Shown here in pieces: positions 1 through 9,256 of a stretch of 54,187 nucleotides of DNA. How positions within the stretch are numbered: position 1 is the stretch's first letter; the number at the start of each line of letters is the position of its first letter. The notes under the pieces were generated by a model that was not told the origin of the DNA, searched no databases, and worked only from the letters and a program-made list of their open reading frames with translations. The position numbers and the translations under genes were made by a program. Source of the stretch: Patescibacteria group bacterium (GTDB taxonomy: Bacteria > Patescibacteriota > Minisyncoccia > JAHIHE01 > JAGLIN01); assembly GCA_019428855.1 (NCBI GenBank), contig JAHYJV010000004.1:1-54187 (forward strand). The letters run 5' to 3'.

Positions 1-81
1 GCTATGATTTTAGCAATCGCTTTTGCTGAAGCCATCGCAATTTATGCCTTGGTTGTTGCTCTTATTATTAAATTCGTTTAA
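1..81 (+). CDS. atpE: F0 ATP synthase subunit c, C-terminal fragment (5' end outside window)
   Basis: Frame 1 reads AMILAIAFAEAIAIYALVVALIIKFV*, the second helix of a c-subunit including the ion-binding Glu (AFAEAI). The rest of the atp operon follows. Confidence 0.85.
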   Translation, partial: AMILAIAFAEAIAIYALVVALIIKFV

Positions 82-93
82 TAATCATTCAGT

Positions 94-119
94 CAAAAGA
101 GAAAGTAATTTCTCTTTTG
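94..119 (+). terminator. Stem-loop just after atpE (attenuator or stabiliser; no clear U-tract)
   Basis: caaaagagaaa-gtaa-tttctcttttg forms an 11-bp perfect stem 13 nt after the atpE stop. Confidence 0.35.
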
Positions 120-145
120 GGGTGTGAGTATTAGAATATTTGTAC

Positions 146-436
146 TTTGAAAATTGGAAATTAGGTTTTGGAGATAGTCCAAATAAAATAAAGAGAAGAG
201 TGATAATATTGAGTCGATTTAAATTCTACGATATAGTGCTAAATTTAGGATTGCATATGTTAAAAACAAATTCATTTAGTCCCATCAGTGCTACGATTGC
301 ATTTATTTTGTTTGTGACATTAGTAATAATTTTATATCGCTAAAAAAAGAATTGGAAAGCGAAAATAAAGCAAAAAAGCACGACTAAAAAGAAATATTTG
401 ATTTAATCTTTATTTCAAAACCTATTTTCTAATTTA
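146..436. repeat. Inverted-repeat-flanked element, family 2 (degenerate copy), in the atpE-atpF spacer
   Basis: The left arm tttgaaaattggaaattaggttttgga pairs imperfectly with the right arm ttcaaaacctattttctaattt. The arms resemble those of the 4236-4514 element. Confidence 0.45.
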
Positions 437-473
437 TTTACAAAATTAAAAAACTTTAAATTAATATAAATTT

Positions 474-971
474 ATGCCAGAAATATTTGATAAATTAGGA
501 CTTAATCCTAAACTACTTGTTGCTCAAGCTGTTAATTTTGTTTTGCTGTTGGTAATCTTGCAAAAAATTGGATATAAACCAATTTTGAAAATGCTCAACG
601 ACCGAACTGAAAAGATTGAAAAAAGCCTCAAACAAGCTAAAAAGATTGAAGAAGAGCTGAAAAATACAGAAGAGACAAAGATTGCCGAAATTAAAAAGGC
701 AAAACTTGAATCACAGGAAATTATCAAAGAAGCGAATGAAGTTGCAGAGAAAAAATCACTAGAAATGATTGAAAGAACTAGGGCAAAAACTCAAGAAATT
801 GTAGCAGATGCAAAACAAGAAATTCAAGCTGAAAAAGAATCTTCTATCAAAGAAGCAAAACAAGAAATCGCTAATATATCAATTCAAATTGCCAAAAAAA
901 TAATCGGTAATAATTTTGATGAAGATAAAGAAAAAGAATCGGTGAATGAAATTCTGGCAAAGATAAAATAA
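474..971 (+). CDS. atpF: F0 ATP synthase subunit b
   Basis: 165 aa with an N-terminal TM helix (LLVAQAVNFVLLLVILQKIG) followed by a long Lys/Glu-rich helix. Its position in the atp operon fits. Confidence 0.85.
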   Translation: MPEIFDKLGLNPKLLVAQAVNFVLLLVILQKIGYKPILKMLNDRTEKIEKSLKQAKKIEEELKNTEETKIAEIKKAKLESQEIIKEANEVAEKKSLEMIERTRAKTQEIVADAKQEIQAEKESSIKEAKQEIANISIQIAKKIIGNNFDEDKEKESVNEILAKIK

Positions 972-990
972 ATAAGCTTTCCTTATTTTC

Positions 991-1122
991 TGTCATTCCG
1001 AAATCAGCGATAGCGAGTGAGGAATCTCTGAACTTTCTAAATTTCACCTAGACTTATATTATTTTCTTTTATAATTTTATCTATAAATTTCTCACCTTCG
1101 TTCCTCAAGTTCGAAATGACAA
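991..1122. repeat. Palindromic TGTCAT-type element (family 1)
   Basis: Termini tgtcattccgaaat ... tcgaaatgacaa are inverted repeats. The interior carries gcgagtgaggaatctc-type motifs. It lies between atpF and atpH. Confidence 0.6.
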
Positions 1123-1159
1123 TTTTTATTGTAAAAAAACATTATAAAATATACTAAAT

Positions 1160-1552
1160 ATGAAAATTACACCTAAACAATATGCCATTAGCTTATACGA
1201 ATCAACACTAAAGATTGATAAGGTTCAAGCTGAACAAAGAATTGGAAATTTCATCGAAATTCTGAGAAAAAATAACGATCTTTCTTTAATTGAGAAAATC
1301 ATTGAACAATATTATAAATATTACAGAGAGCAAAGTAACATCTCAAAAATTCAAGTTACAAGTGCGAAAAAATTAAACCCAGAAATTTTAAATAAGATCA
1401 TCCAAAAGTTTAATAAGCAAATTGAGATTGAAGAAATTATTGATGAATCGCTAATTGGTGGATTTGTCCTCCGAGTAGATGACAATCTTTTGATTGATGG
1501 TAGTGTGAAAAAGAAACTCGAAAACCTCAAAAAGAATATAACTAAAGTTTAA
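1160..1552 (+). CDS. atpH: F1 ATP synthase subunit delta (OSCP), short form
   Basis: 130 aa. The C-terminal LIGGFVLRVDDNLLIDGSVKKKL matches the delta/OSCP signature. Operon position fits. Confidence 0.8.
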   Translation: MKITPKQYAISLYESTLKIDKVQAEQRIGNFIEILRKNNDLSLIEKIIEQYYKYYREQSNISKIQVTSAKKLNPEILNKIIQKFNKQIEIEEIIDESLIGGFVLRVDDNLLIDGSVKKKLENLKKNITKV

Positions 1553-1576
1553 TTTTAAAATCATAATTTAAATAAA

Positions 1577-3073
1577 ATGAATAGTCATATTATCGAAAAT
1601 TTAAAACAACAAATTGCACAAACAAAACTTGAAACTCAAGTTGAAAAAGTTGGCAAGGTTGTCAAAATTGCTGACGGTGTTGCAACCCTCAACGGTCTGA
1701 CAGAAGTTATGAGTGGCGAACTTCTGGAATTTCCAAATAACATTTTTGGTGTTGCCTTGAATCTTGAAGAAGACAGTATCGGAGCGATGATTCTGGGAAA
1801 TTATCTGAAAATTAAGGAAGGAGATGTTGTCAAAAGCACTGGAAGAATTATGGAGGTTCCAGTTGGTGAGAACATGATTGGCCGCGTTGTAAATGCCCTC
1901 GGTGTACCAATTGACGGCAAGGGTGAAATCAAAACCGATAAATTCTATCCAGTTGAAAATACGGCTCCTGGAGTTATCACCAGAAAATCAGTAGATACTC
2001 CCCTTGCAACAGGAATCAAGGCAATTGATTCCATGATTCCAATCGGACGAGGTCAAAGAGAATTGATTATTGGGGACCGACAAACTGGAAAAACAGCGAT
2101 TGCGATTGATACAATTATTAACCAAAAAGGTAAAGGTGTGACTTGTATCTATGTTGCCATTGGACAAAAAGAATCAAAAGTTGCCAAAATTGTGGCCAAA
2201 CTGAAAGAAAGTGGAGCAATGGAACATACAATTATTGTTCTGGCTGGTGCTTCAGATCCGGCTTCAATGTCATATATCGCACCATATACTGGTTGCGCAA
2301 TTGGAGAATATTTTATGGATCAAAATCAAGATGCTTTAATTGTCTTTGATGATTTAAGTAAGCATGCTTGGGCTTATAGACAAGTTTCGTTGATTTTGCG
2401 AAGGCCGCCAGGACGAGAAGCATATCCTGGAGATATTTTCTATCTTCATTCTAGATTATTGGAAAGAGCGGCGAAGCGTGATGAAAAATATGGCGGTGGT
2501 TCCTTGACTGCCTTACCAATTATTGAAACTCAAGCCGGAGATGTTAGTGCTTATATTCCAACAAATGTCATCTCAATTACAGATGGTCAGATTTTCTTAG
2601 AAACAGATTTATTCTATCAAGGGATTAGACCAGCGATTAATCCTGGAATTTCAGTTTCTCGTGTGGGATCTGCTGCTCAAACCAAGGCCATGAAAAAAGT
2701 GGCTGGAAAACTCAGACTTGAACTTGCTCAATTTCGGGAGTTAGCCGCCTTTGCACAATTTTCATCTGACCTCGACAAAGAAACCAAAGAGAGAATTGAA
2801 AGAGGAAAAAGATTAGTAGAGGTTCTTAAACAAGGTCAATATGATCCTATGGAAACAGAAGACCAAGTTGCGATAATTTTTGCAACCATTAATGGATTTC
2901 TAGACGAGGTGGCAGTTGAAAAAGTGAAAGATTTTGAAAGAGATATGCTGGACTTTTTAAGAGACAAGAATGCTCATATACTTGAAGATATCGCCAAAGA
3001 AGGAAAAATATCCGATGAAACTGAAAAAGATTTGAAAGAAGCAATTAAGGAATTCAAAGAGAAACAAGTGTAA
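1577..3073 (+). CDS. atpA: F1 ATP synthase subunit alpha
   Basis: 498 aa with Walker A GDRQTGKT, plus [26 protein letters not shown] and ITDGQIFLE. Confidence 0.97.
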   Translation: MNSHIIENLKQQIAQTKLETQVEKVGKVVKIADGVATLNGLTEVMSGELLEFPNNIFGVALNLEEDSIGAMILGNYLKIKEGDVVKSTGRIMEVPVGENMIGRVVNALGVPIDGKGEIKTDKFYPVENTAPGVITRKSVDTPLATGIKAIDSMIPIGRGQRELIIGDRQTGKTAIAIDTIINQKGKGVTCIYVAIGQKESKVAKIVAKLKESGAMEHTIIVLAGASDPASMSYIAPYTGCAIGEYFMDQNQDALIVFDDLSKHAWAYRQVSLILRRPPGREAYPGDIFYLHSRLLERAAKRDEKYGGGSLTALPIIETQAGDVSAYIPTNVISITDGQIFLETDLFYQGIRPAINPGISVSRVGSAAQTKAMKKVAGKLRLELAQFRELAAFAQFSSDLDKETKERIERGKRLVEVLKQGQYDPMETEDQVAIIFATINGFLDEVAVEKVKDFERDMLDFLRDKNAHILEDIAKEGKISDETEKDLKEAIKEFKEKQV

Positions 3074-3111
3074 AGACAATATGGCAATATAACAATTTAG
3101 CAATTTATCTT

Positions 3112-4008
3112 ATGCAATCCACACAACAAATCAGAAGACAAATTCAATCAACCCAAAACACCTCGCAAATCACCAAAGCGATGGAAATGGTTGCTGCTTC
3201 CAAGATGAAAAAATCTCAGCAAGCTGCTCTTTTGGCCCGTCCTTATGCCGAAGCAGCTTTGAATATTTTGCAAAGTGTCAGCGAATCAGTTGAGCCAACG
3301 AAGCACTGCTTGCTTGAAAATCGAGAAGTTCATAATTTATGCCTAGTTGTTGTCACATCTGACAAAGGTCTTTGTGGCGGATTCAATGGTAATGTTCTCA
3401 AAGAAGCAGAAAAAATTGTCAACGCCAATGAAAATAAAAGCATCTCTATCATCGCTATTGGCAAAAAAGCTGAAACTTATTTCAAAAAAAGAAATGACAT
3501 ATCTGCTGTTTTCAATGGTATTGGAGATACAGTGGAACTTCGTGAAACACTGCCGATTTCAAAACTTTTGATTAACGAATTTACAGAAAAAAAATATGAT
3601 GGAATAGTAGCTGTTTATAATAATTACATTTCAACAATCAAACAAGATGTGAAGGTGAAAAAACTTTTACCAATAACTAGAAGAAGCCTAGAAGAAACAG
3701 TTGAAGAAATTGAAGACATGACCAAGAGCGAACACAAAGAAAATAATGGTGTTGATTATACTTTTGAGCCATCTGCTTCCAAAGTTTTGTGCGCCCTACT
3801 TCCAAATCTTGTGGAAACGCAAGTTTATCATGTCATCCTTGAATCAAATGCCTCAGAACATAGTGCCCGCATGGTGGCCATGAAGAACGCCACTGACAAC
3901 GCTAAAGAAATGCTTGGTGATTTGAAATTATTATATAACTATATCAGACAACAAAAAATTACTCAGGAAATCAGTGAAATTTCAGCCGGAGTTGCTGCAC
4001 AGGAATAA
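3112..4008 (+). CDS. atpG: F1 ATP synthase subunit gamma
   Basis: 298 aa. Gamma hallmarks are the N-terminal IRRQIQSTQNTSQITKAMEMVAASKMKK and the C-terminal RQQKITQEISEISAG. Confidence 0.93.
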   Translation: MQSTQQIRRQIQSTQNTSQITKAMEMVAASKMKKSQQAALLARPYAEAALNILQSVSESVEPTKHCLLENREVHNLCLVVVTSDKGLCGGFNGNVLKEAEKIVNANENKSISIIAIGKKAETYFKKRNDISAVFNGIGDTVELRETLPISKLLINEFTEKKYDGIVAVYNNYISTIKQDVKVKKLLPITRRSLEETVEEIEDMTKSEHKENNGVDYTFEPSASKVLCALLPNLVETQVYHVILESNASEHSARMVAMKNATDNAKEMLGDLKLLYNYIRQQKITQEISEISAGVAAQE

Positions 4009-4010
4009 AC

Positions 4011-4216
4011 TTGTCATTCTGAGCTTGACTCAGAATCCTTCGTCTATAACAATAAGTCAATCCCATAAATCACCGAACATTAACATAAAAAGAAAATATA
4101 ACAATTATCTTAAACGAAAAATCAACTGTGTTTGTACTGTAGATGAACGAATGTTGAAAGCTAAACAAACTAAGACATAACATCAAAAAGATTCTGAATT
4201 AAGTTCAGAATGATAA
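4011..4216. repeat. Palindromic TGTCAT-type element (family 1)
   Basis: The left end ttgtcattctgagcttgactcagaatcc and the right end attctgaattaagttcagaatgataa each fold into a hairpin. The outer termini are inverted repeats. Confidence 0.6.
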
Positions 4217-4235
4217 ATATAAATGTACATTAAAA

Positions 4236-4514
4236 TTTGAAAATTGAGTTTTGGAATATATTTCAATAATAATGAAAGATATTGATGAAGCGATCTAAAT
4301 ACGATTATGGTTTAAAAAAAGAAATAAAGAAACTATGGAAATAGTATATAATCAGAAGTTTAAAAATAAAATTTAAAAAAGCAGCGGAAAATCTCGTAAG
4401 AATGAAAGGAGAGGTGAGTTCGAAAAAATTTGGAATAGCTCATCTTCGCTACGAACTAAAACAACTAGAAGAAGGAAGTTAAGACAACTTCCTTTCCAAA
4501 ACTCAATTTTTAAA
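4236..4514. repeat. Inverted-repeat-flanked element, family 2
   Basis: tttgaaaattgagttttggaa (4236-4256) matches the reverse complement of ttccaaaactcaatttttaaa (4494-4514) at 20 of 21 positions. An internal 9-bp hairpin is aaggaagtt/aacttcctt. Confidence 0.6.
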
Positions 4515-4599
4515 TACTATTTTGGAGTTCACCCTCCAGGGTCTAAATCAAGTGCTTGCTTGCAGAATGAAGGGCAGACTCCAGCGATATAAAAAATAA

Positions 4600-6000
<1,401 letters not shown>

Positions 6001-6063
6001 AATCATATCTTACTAACTGACCAATTTAATAAATTTGATTCTTCGAGTATAAAATAAAAGAAT

Positions 6064-6474
6064 ATGAAAATAAACCTACAAGTCATAACTCCCGAAAAAA
6101 TTGCTTTTCAAGGTGAAGCTGATGGTGTTTCGATTCCCACAAAAAGCGGAGAAATTACAGTTTTAGCTAATCACATTCCCATAATCAGCACGATGAAACA
6201 TGGCGAGCTTGTCATTCGTAATGGCAAAGAAGAAATTTATATGGCGGTTTGTAACGGCTTTATCGAAGTGAAAAAGAATTGTGTCATTGTGATGACTGAC
6301 ATTGCAGAAAGAATTGCTGAAATTGATGAAGAAAAAGCGATAGAAGCGAAAGAAAAAGCCAAGAAACTTCTTTTTGAAAAAGACCGTCTTTCCGACCTTG
6401 CTTTTGCTGACACCACGGCTATGCTTGAAAAATCTCTGGCTAGAATCAAGGTTGCCAGAAGAAAGAGGAGATAA
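6064..6474 (+). CDS. atpC: F1 ATP synthase subunit epsilon
   Basis: 136 aa. The N-terminal LQVITPEKIAFQGEADGVSIPTKSGEITVLANHIP beta-sandwich and a C-terminal helical hairpin fit epsilon. It is the last atp gene. Confidence 0.9.
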   Translation: MKINLQVITPEKIAFQGEADGVSIPTKSGEITVLANHIPIISTMKHGELVIRNGKEEIYMAVCNGFIEVKKNCVIVMTDIAERIAEIDEEKAIEAKEKAKKLLFEKDRLSDLAFADTTAMLEKSLARIKVARRKRR

Positions 6475-6481
6475 AGAGTGT

Positions 6482-6686
6482 TTGTCACTGCGAACTTGAA
6501 TGAAAAACTTTTGAATATTACGCACTGTATTTTTAATAGTCAATGGTGCATCAACGGAAATACAAGCACAATTATTTTTACATTTAATCTGAACATCCGT
6601 AATTTAACTTTTATGAAATATGTAATGATTTATAGGACAGATTAATTGCTATAAACGAAAGATCTGATTCAAGTTCAAAATGACAA
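6482..6686. repeat. Palindromic TGTCAT-type element (family 1)
   Basis: The left end ttgtcactgcgaacttgaatg matches the reverse complement of the right end attcaagttcaaaatgacaa (about 19-bp terminal inverted repeats). It starts 8 nt after the atpC stop. Confidence 0.6.
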
Positions 6687-6696
6687 TTTAAATAAT

Positions 6697-7692
6697 ATGA
6701 ATATCAAACAAACTCTTCAAAATTCAATAGAGAAATTAGAATCACGCAAAATTCCTTCCGCCAATATTGATGCGGAAGTTTTGTTATTGGGAGCGTTGAA
6801 TAAAAAACAATTAAACAATAATATTCATAGTTCTAAACTCGGGATTGCCACGATGCCCTATGAGACTTCCGGCATTGACGGTTGGAGAATTACAAGAAGC
6901 TGGCTCTATGCACACAATGATTATGAACTGACTAGTGAGGAAAGTGTTTTGTTTGATAGTTATATAAATCGAAGAATTAAACACGAACCAGTGGCATATA
7001 TCATAAATAAAAAAGAATTTTACGGTTATGAATTTTTCATAAATGGAAATGTCTTAATCCCACGCCCCGAAACAGAATTAATCGTAGAAAATGTTTTGCA
7101 AATTATAAATGAGAGAAAAGATTTGAATAATAAATTTACTTTAATCGATATTGGAACTGGCTCAGGATGTATCTTGATTAGTATTTTAAATGAATTTAAA
7201 AAAAATAATAATCTAAAATATATAAATCAATCAATCGCAATTGATATTTCCAAAAGAGCAATTGAAATTGCCAAGATAAATGCGAAAAAATATAATCTGG
7301 AAAAAAATATAAAATATATTTCCAGTGACTTTAAAAAAATTATTAATCAAAAATTATTTTTCAATTCAAATAATTTTATTATCACTGCCAACCTTCCATA
7401 TATTTCAAGCGACAACTATGAAAAACTTGATAATAGTGTGAAGGACTTTGAACCAAAGCTTGCCCTTACTGCTGGAATAGATGGTTTAGATGAAATTAAA
7501 AAATTACTACATTCAATTTCAAAAATTAAGCTCCAATCAAATCAAATATTATATTTTCTCCTTGAAGTAGATCCTAGTCAAATTAATTTTATTATAAAAC
7601 TATTAGATAAATATTTCAATGATATTAAAAGCCTAATAATCAAGGATTTAAGCGATAAAAACAGGATTATAGTTTTAAAAATAAGCTTCTAG
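6697..7692 (+). CDS. prmC: Release-factor glutamine N5-methyltransferase (PrmC/HemK) with an N-terminal-domain insertion
   Basis: 331 aa with IPRPETE, the SAM motif DIGTGSGCI, and the catalytic NLPY (NPPY-type) motif in ITANLPYIS. It ends in TAG. Confidence 0.85.
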   Translation: MNIKQTLQNSIEKLESRKIPSANIDAEVLLLGALNKKQLNNNIHSSKLGIATMPYETSGIDGWRITRSWLYAHNDYELTSEESVLFDSYINRRIKHEPVAYIINKKEFYGYEFFINGNVLIPRPETELIVENVLQIINERKDLNNKFTLIDIGTGSGCILISILNEFKKNNNLKYINQSIAIDISKRAIEIAKINAKKYNLEKNIKYISSDFKKIINQKLFFNSNNFIITANLPYISSDNYEKLDNSVKDFEPKLALTAGIDGLDEIKKLLHSISKIKLQSNQILYFLLEVDPSQINFIIKLLDKYFNDIKSLIIKDLSDKNRIIVLKISF

Positions 7693-7742
7693 CATAAATT
7701 AAAACACGGCCTTGAAACCGTATTTTAATTTGTACACAAAGC

Positions 7743-7883
7743 TTATTTTTTCTTAGTAGTTTTCTTTTTAGCAGCTGGTTTTTTCTTGGCAACTTTTTTT
7801 ACAGCTTTTTTAGCAACTTTTTTCTTAGCAACTTTTTTTACAGCTTTTTTAGCAGCTGGTTTTTTCTTTTTTGCTACAACCAT
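7743..7883 (-). CDS. Small Lys/Ala-rich basic protein (histone H1-like nucleoid-associated protein), 46 aa; not in the ORF track
   Basis: Hand translation gives MVVAKKKKPAAKKAVKKVAKKKVAKKAVKKVAKKKPAAKKKTTKKK*. A strong SD GGAGGTG sits 6 nt upstream of the ATG (minus strand gaaaggaggtgttgtaaATG). Confidence 0.7.
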   Translation of the reverse strand: MVVAKKKKPAAKKAVKKVAKKKVAKKAVKKVAKKKPAAKKKTTKKK

Positions 7884-8378
7884 TTACAACACCTCCTTTC
7901 TTTATTAGTTAACACCAAATAATTTAAATCATATTCTATATGCGTTACATTTTCGTTTAATGTGTAATGATTTAATTTATTATATTTATAAATTTTTTTA
8001 TTTCTGATTTAATTATATAATAAAATAAAACAATTTACAATACTCTGTCAACATATTTAATTAAAAATAATTTTTATAATATATTTTTTATATTTTAAAA
8101 AATTTACCAGATATTTTTTATTGTAAGATATAGTTTCAAATTTTTTATATTATTATTTCTGAGTAATTAATAAATTTTATGATATTATTTTTATTATATA
8201 TTTAATTATTATGAATAAATATATTTTTTATTGATATTATTAATTTAGATTATTGGTATTTCATAAATAAGCACTACTTTTGCCTTATACTTGCTAATAT
8301 ATGCTACTTATGTTAGCATCTAAGTAGTGGGATCTTTAACAATTTAACCTAAATTTGAAAGGAGGTGAAACATGCACA

Positions 8379-9044
8379 ATGGATAATGAAATCGAAATTA
8401 CTACTAATGACTCAAAGGGACTAGTTGATAAAATAAAAGATTGGAGTTATGAAAATTGGCAAACAATTTTAGTTGTCTTGATTGTTCTTATCGTTGGAGT
8501 TAGTGCTTATAATTATAATCAAGAAGAAAACGATAAAACTGGGGATAACTCTGTAGCTGTTGTTGATGAAATTGAAAATAATAGCAACGATAAAAATAAT
8601 GTTGCCGCTGACGTAACAGATGAAGAAAAAGAAATTATTGCCGAAGAAACTGATATGCAAGAAGCTGAAGTTAATGATAATCAAATTACAAATACAAACA
8701 ATAATAGTCAAGTCGCGAAGATTGAAACCGAAAAGGGTAAAGTTCTCTCAAGCAAGGACCAAGATGGAAAAACCTATACCGCAACTGCTAGCTACGGAGA
8801 AGGAATTACTCACCTAGCAAGGCATGCCTTTAATGAATATCTTCAAGAAAATAATATTGATGTCAATTTAAGCCAAGAACAAAAAATATATATAGAAGAC
8901 TATATGCAAAATAGAAAAGGAAATCAAAAAATTAAAATTGGACATCAAGAAACATTCTCCGAAGGTTTAATTCAAGAAGCAATATCTCAAGCAAGTAATT
9001 TATCAGATGCAGCTATACAAAATCTTAAAAAATATATAAAATAA
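8379..9044 (+). CDS. Hypothetical membrane-anchored protein (acidic low-complexity linker plus C-terminal globular domain)
   Basis: The ORF track starts at TTG 8355, which lies inside the SD. ATG 8379 is preceded by aaaGGAGGTGaaacatgcaca. A TM helix WQTILVVLIVLIVGVSAY is present. Confidence 0.75.
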   Translation: MDNEIEITTNDSKGLVDKIKDWSYENWQTILVVLIVLIVGVSAYNYNQEENDKTGDNSVAVVDEIENNSNDKNNVAADVTDEEKEIIAEETDMQEAEVNDNQITNTNNNSQVAKIETEKGKVLSSKDQDGKTYTATASYGEGITHLARHAFNEYLQENNIDVNLSQEQKIYIEDYMQNRKGNQKIKIGHQETFSEGLIQEAISQASNLSDAAIQNLKKYIK

Positions 9045-9124
9045 ACGCATCCAATTGCTCCATATTATCAAGTTCTAGTATATAAACGCTCAATACAAAA
9101 AACTTTCAAAATGCATCAAAATAT

Positions 9125-9157
9125 AAAAAAACTGGACAACTATGGTCCAGTTTTTTT
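9125..9157. terminator. Bidirectional intrinsic terminator at a convergent gene junction
   Basis: aaaaaa-actggac-aactatg-gtccagt-ttttttt. A 7-bp stem is flanked by an A-run and a T-run. Confidence 0.7.
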
Positions 9158-9177
9158 ATATTTAGTTTATTTATCTT

Positions 9178-9252
9178 CTTCCAGTCTAGAATCTAACGCA
9201 ACAATATTGGCACGAAGCGCTAAATGTGTTAAGTTAGATTCTAGACTGGAAG
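9178..9252. repeat. Perfect 20-bp inverted repeat with a 35-nt spacer
   Basis: cttccagtctagaatctaac (9178-9197) is the exact reverse complement of gttagattctagactggaag (9233-9252). It lies 5 nt from the stop of the 9257-10687 gene. Confidence 0.8.
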
Positions 9253-9256
9253 TAAC

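Noticed and set aside
140-343. The 67-aa plus-strand ORF in the atpE-atpF spacer as a real gene (for example an AtpI/AtpZ-like protein).
   Set aside because: It starts at a TTG inside the inverted-repeat arm, and its first 39 residues look like translated repeat DNA. Only the C-terminal 28-aa ATG-initiated hydrophobic peptide is even marginally plausible, and that is reported as speculative.
7770-7868. Direct DNA repeats that could be mistaken for a tiny CRISPR-like or tandem-repeat array.
   Set aside because: They are the nucleotide image of the KKAV/KKVA/PAAKK peptide repeats inside the 46-aa Lys/Ala-rich ORF. There are no unique spacers.
8355-8378. ORF-track N-terminal extensions: TTG 8355 for the 8379 gene, TTG 51716 for the hydB-like gene, and ATG 18894 for the GT4 gene.
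   Set aside because: The first extension overlaps its own SD. The second adds a low-complexity leader before a canonical N-terminus. The third overlaps the upstream gene by 35 nt. Internal ATGs give family-typical N-termini.
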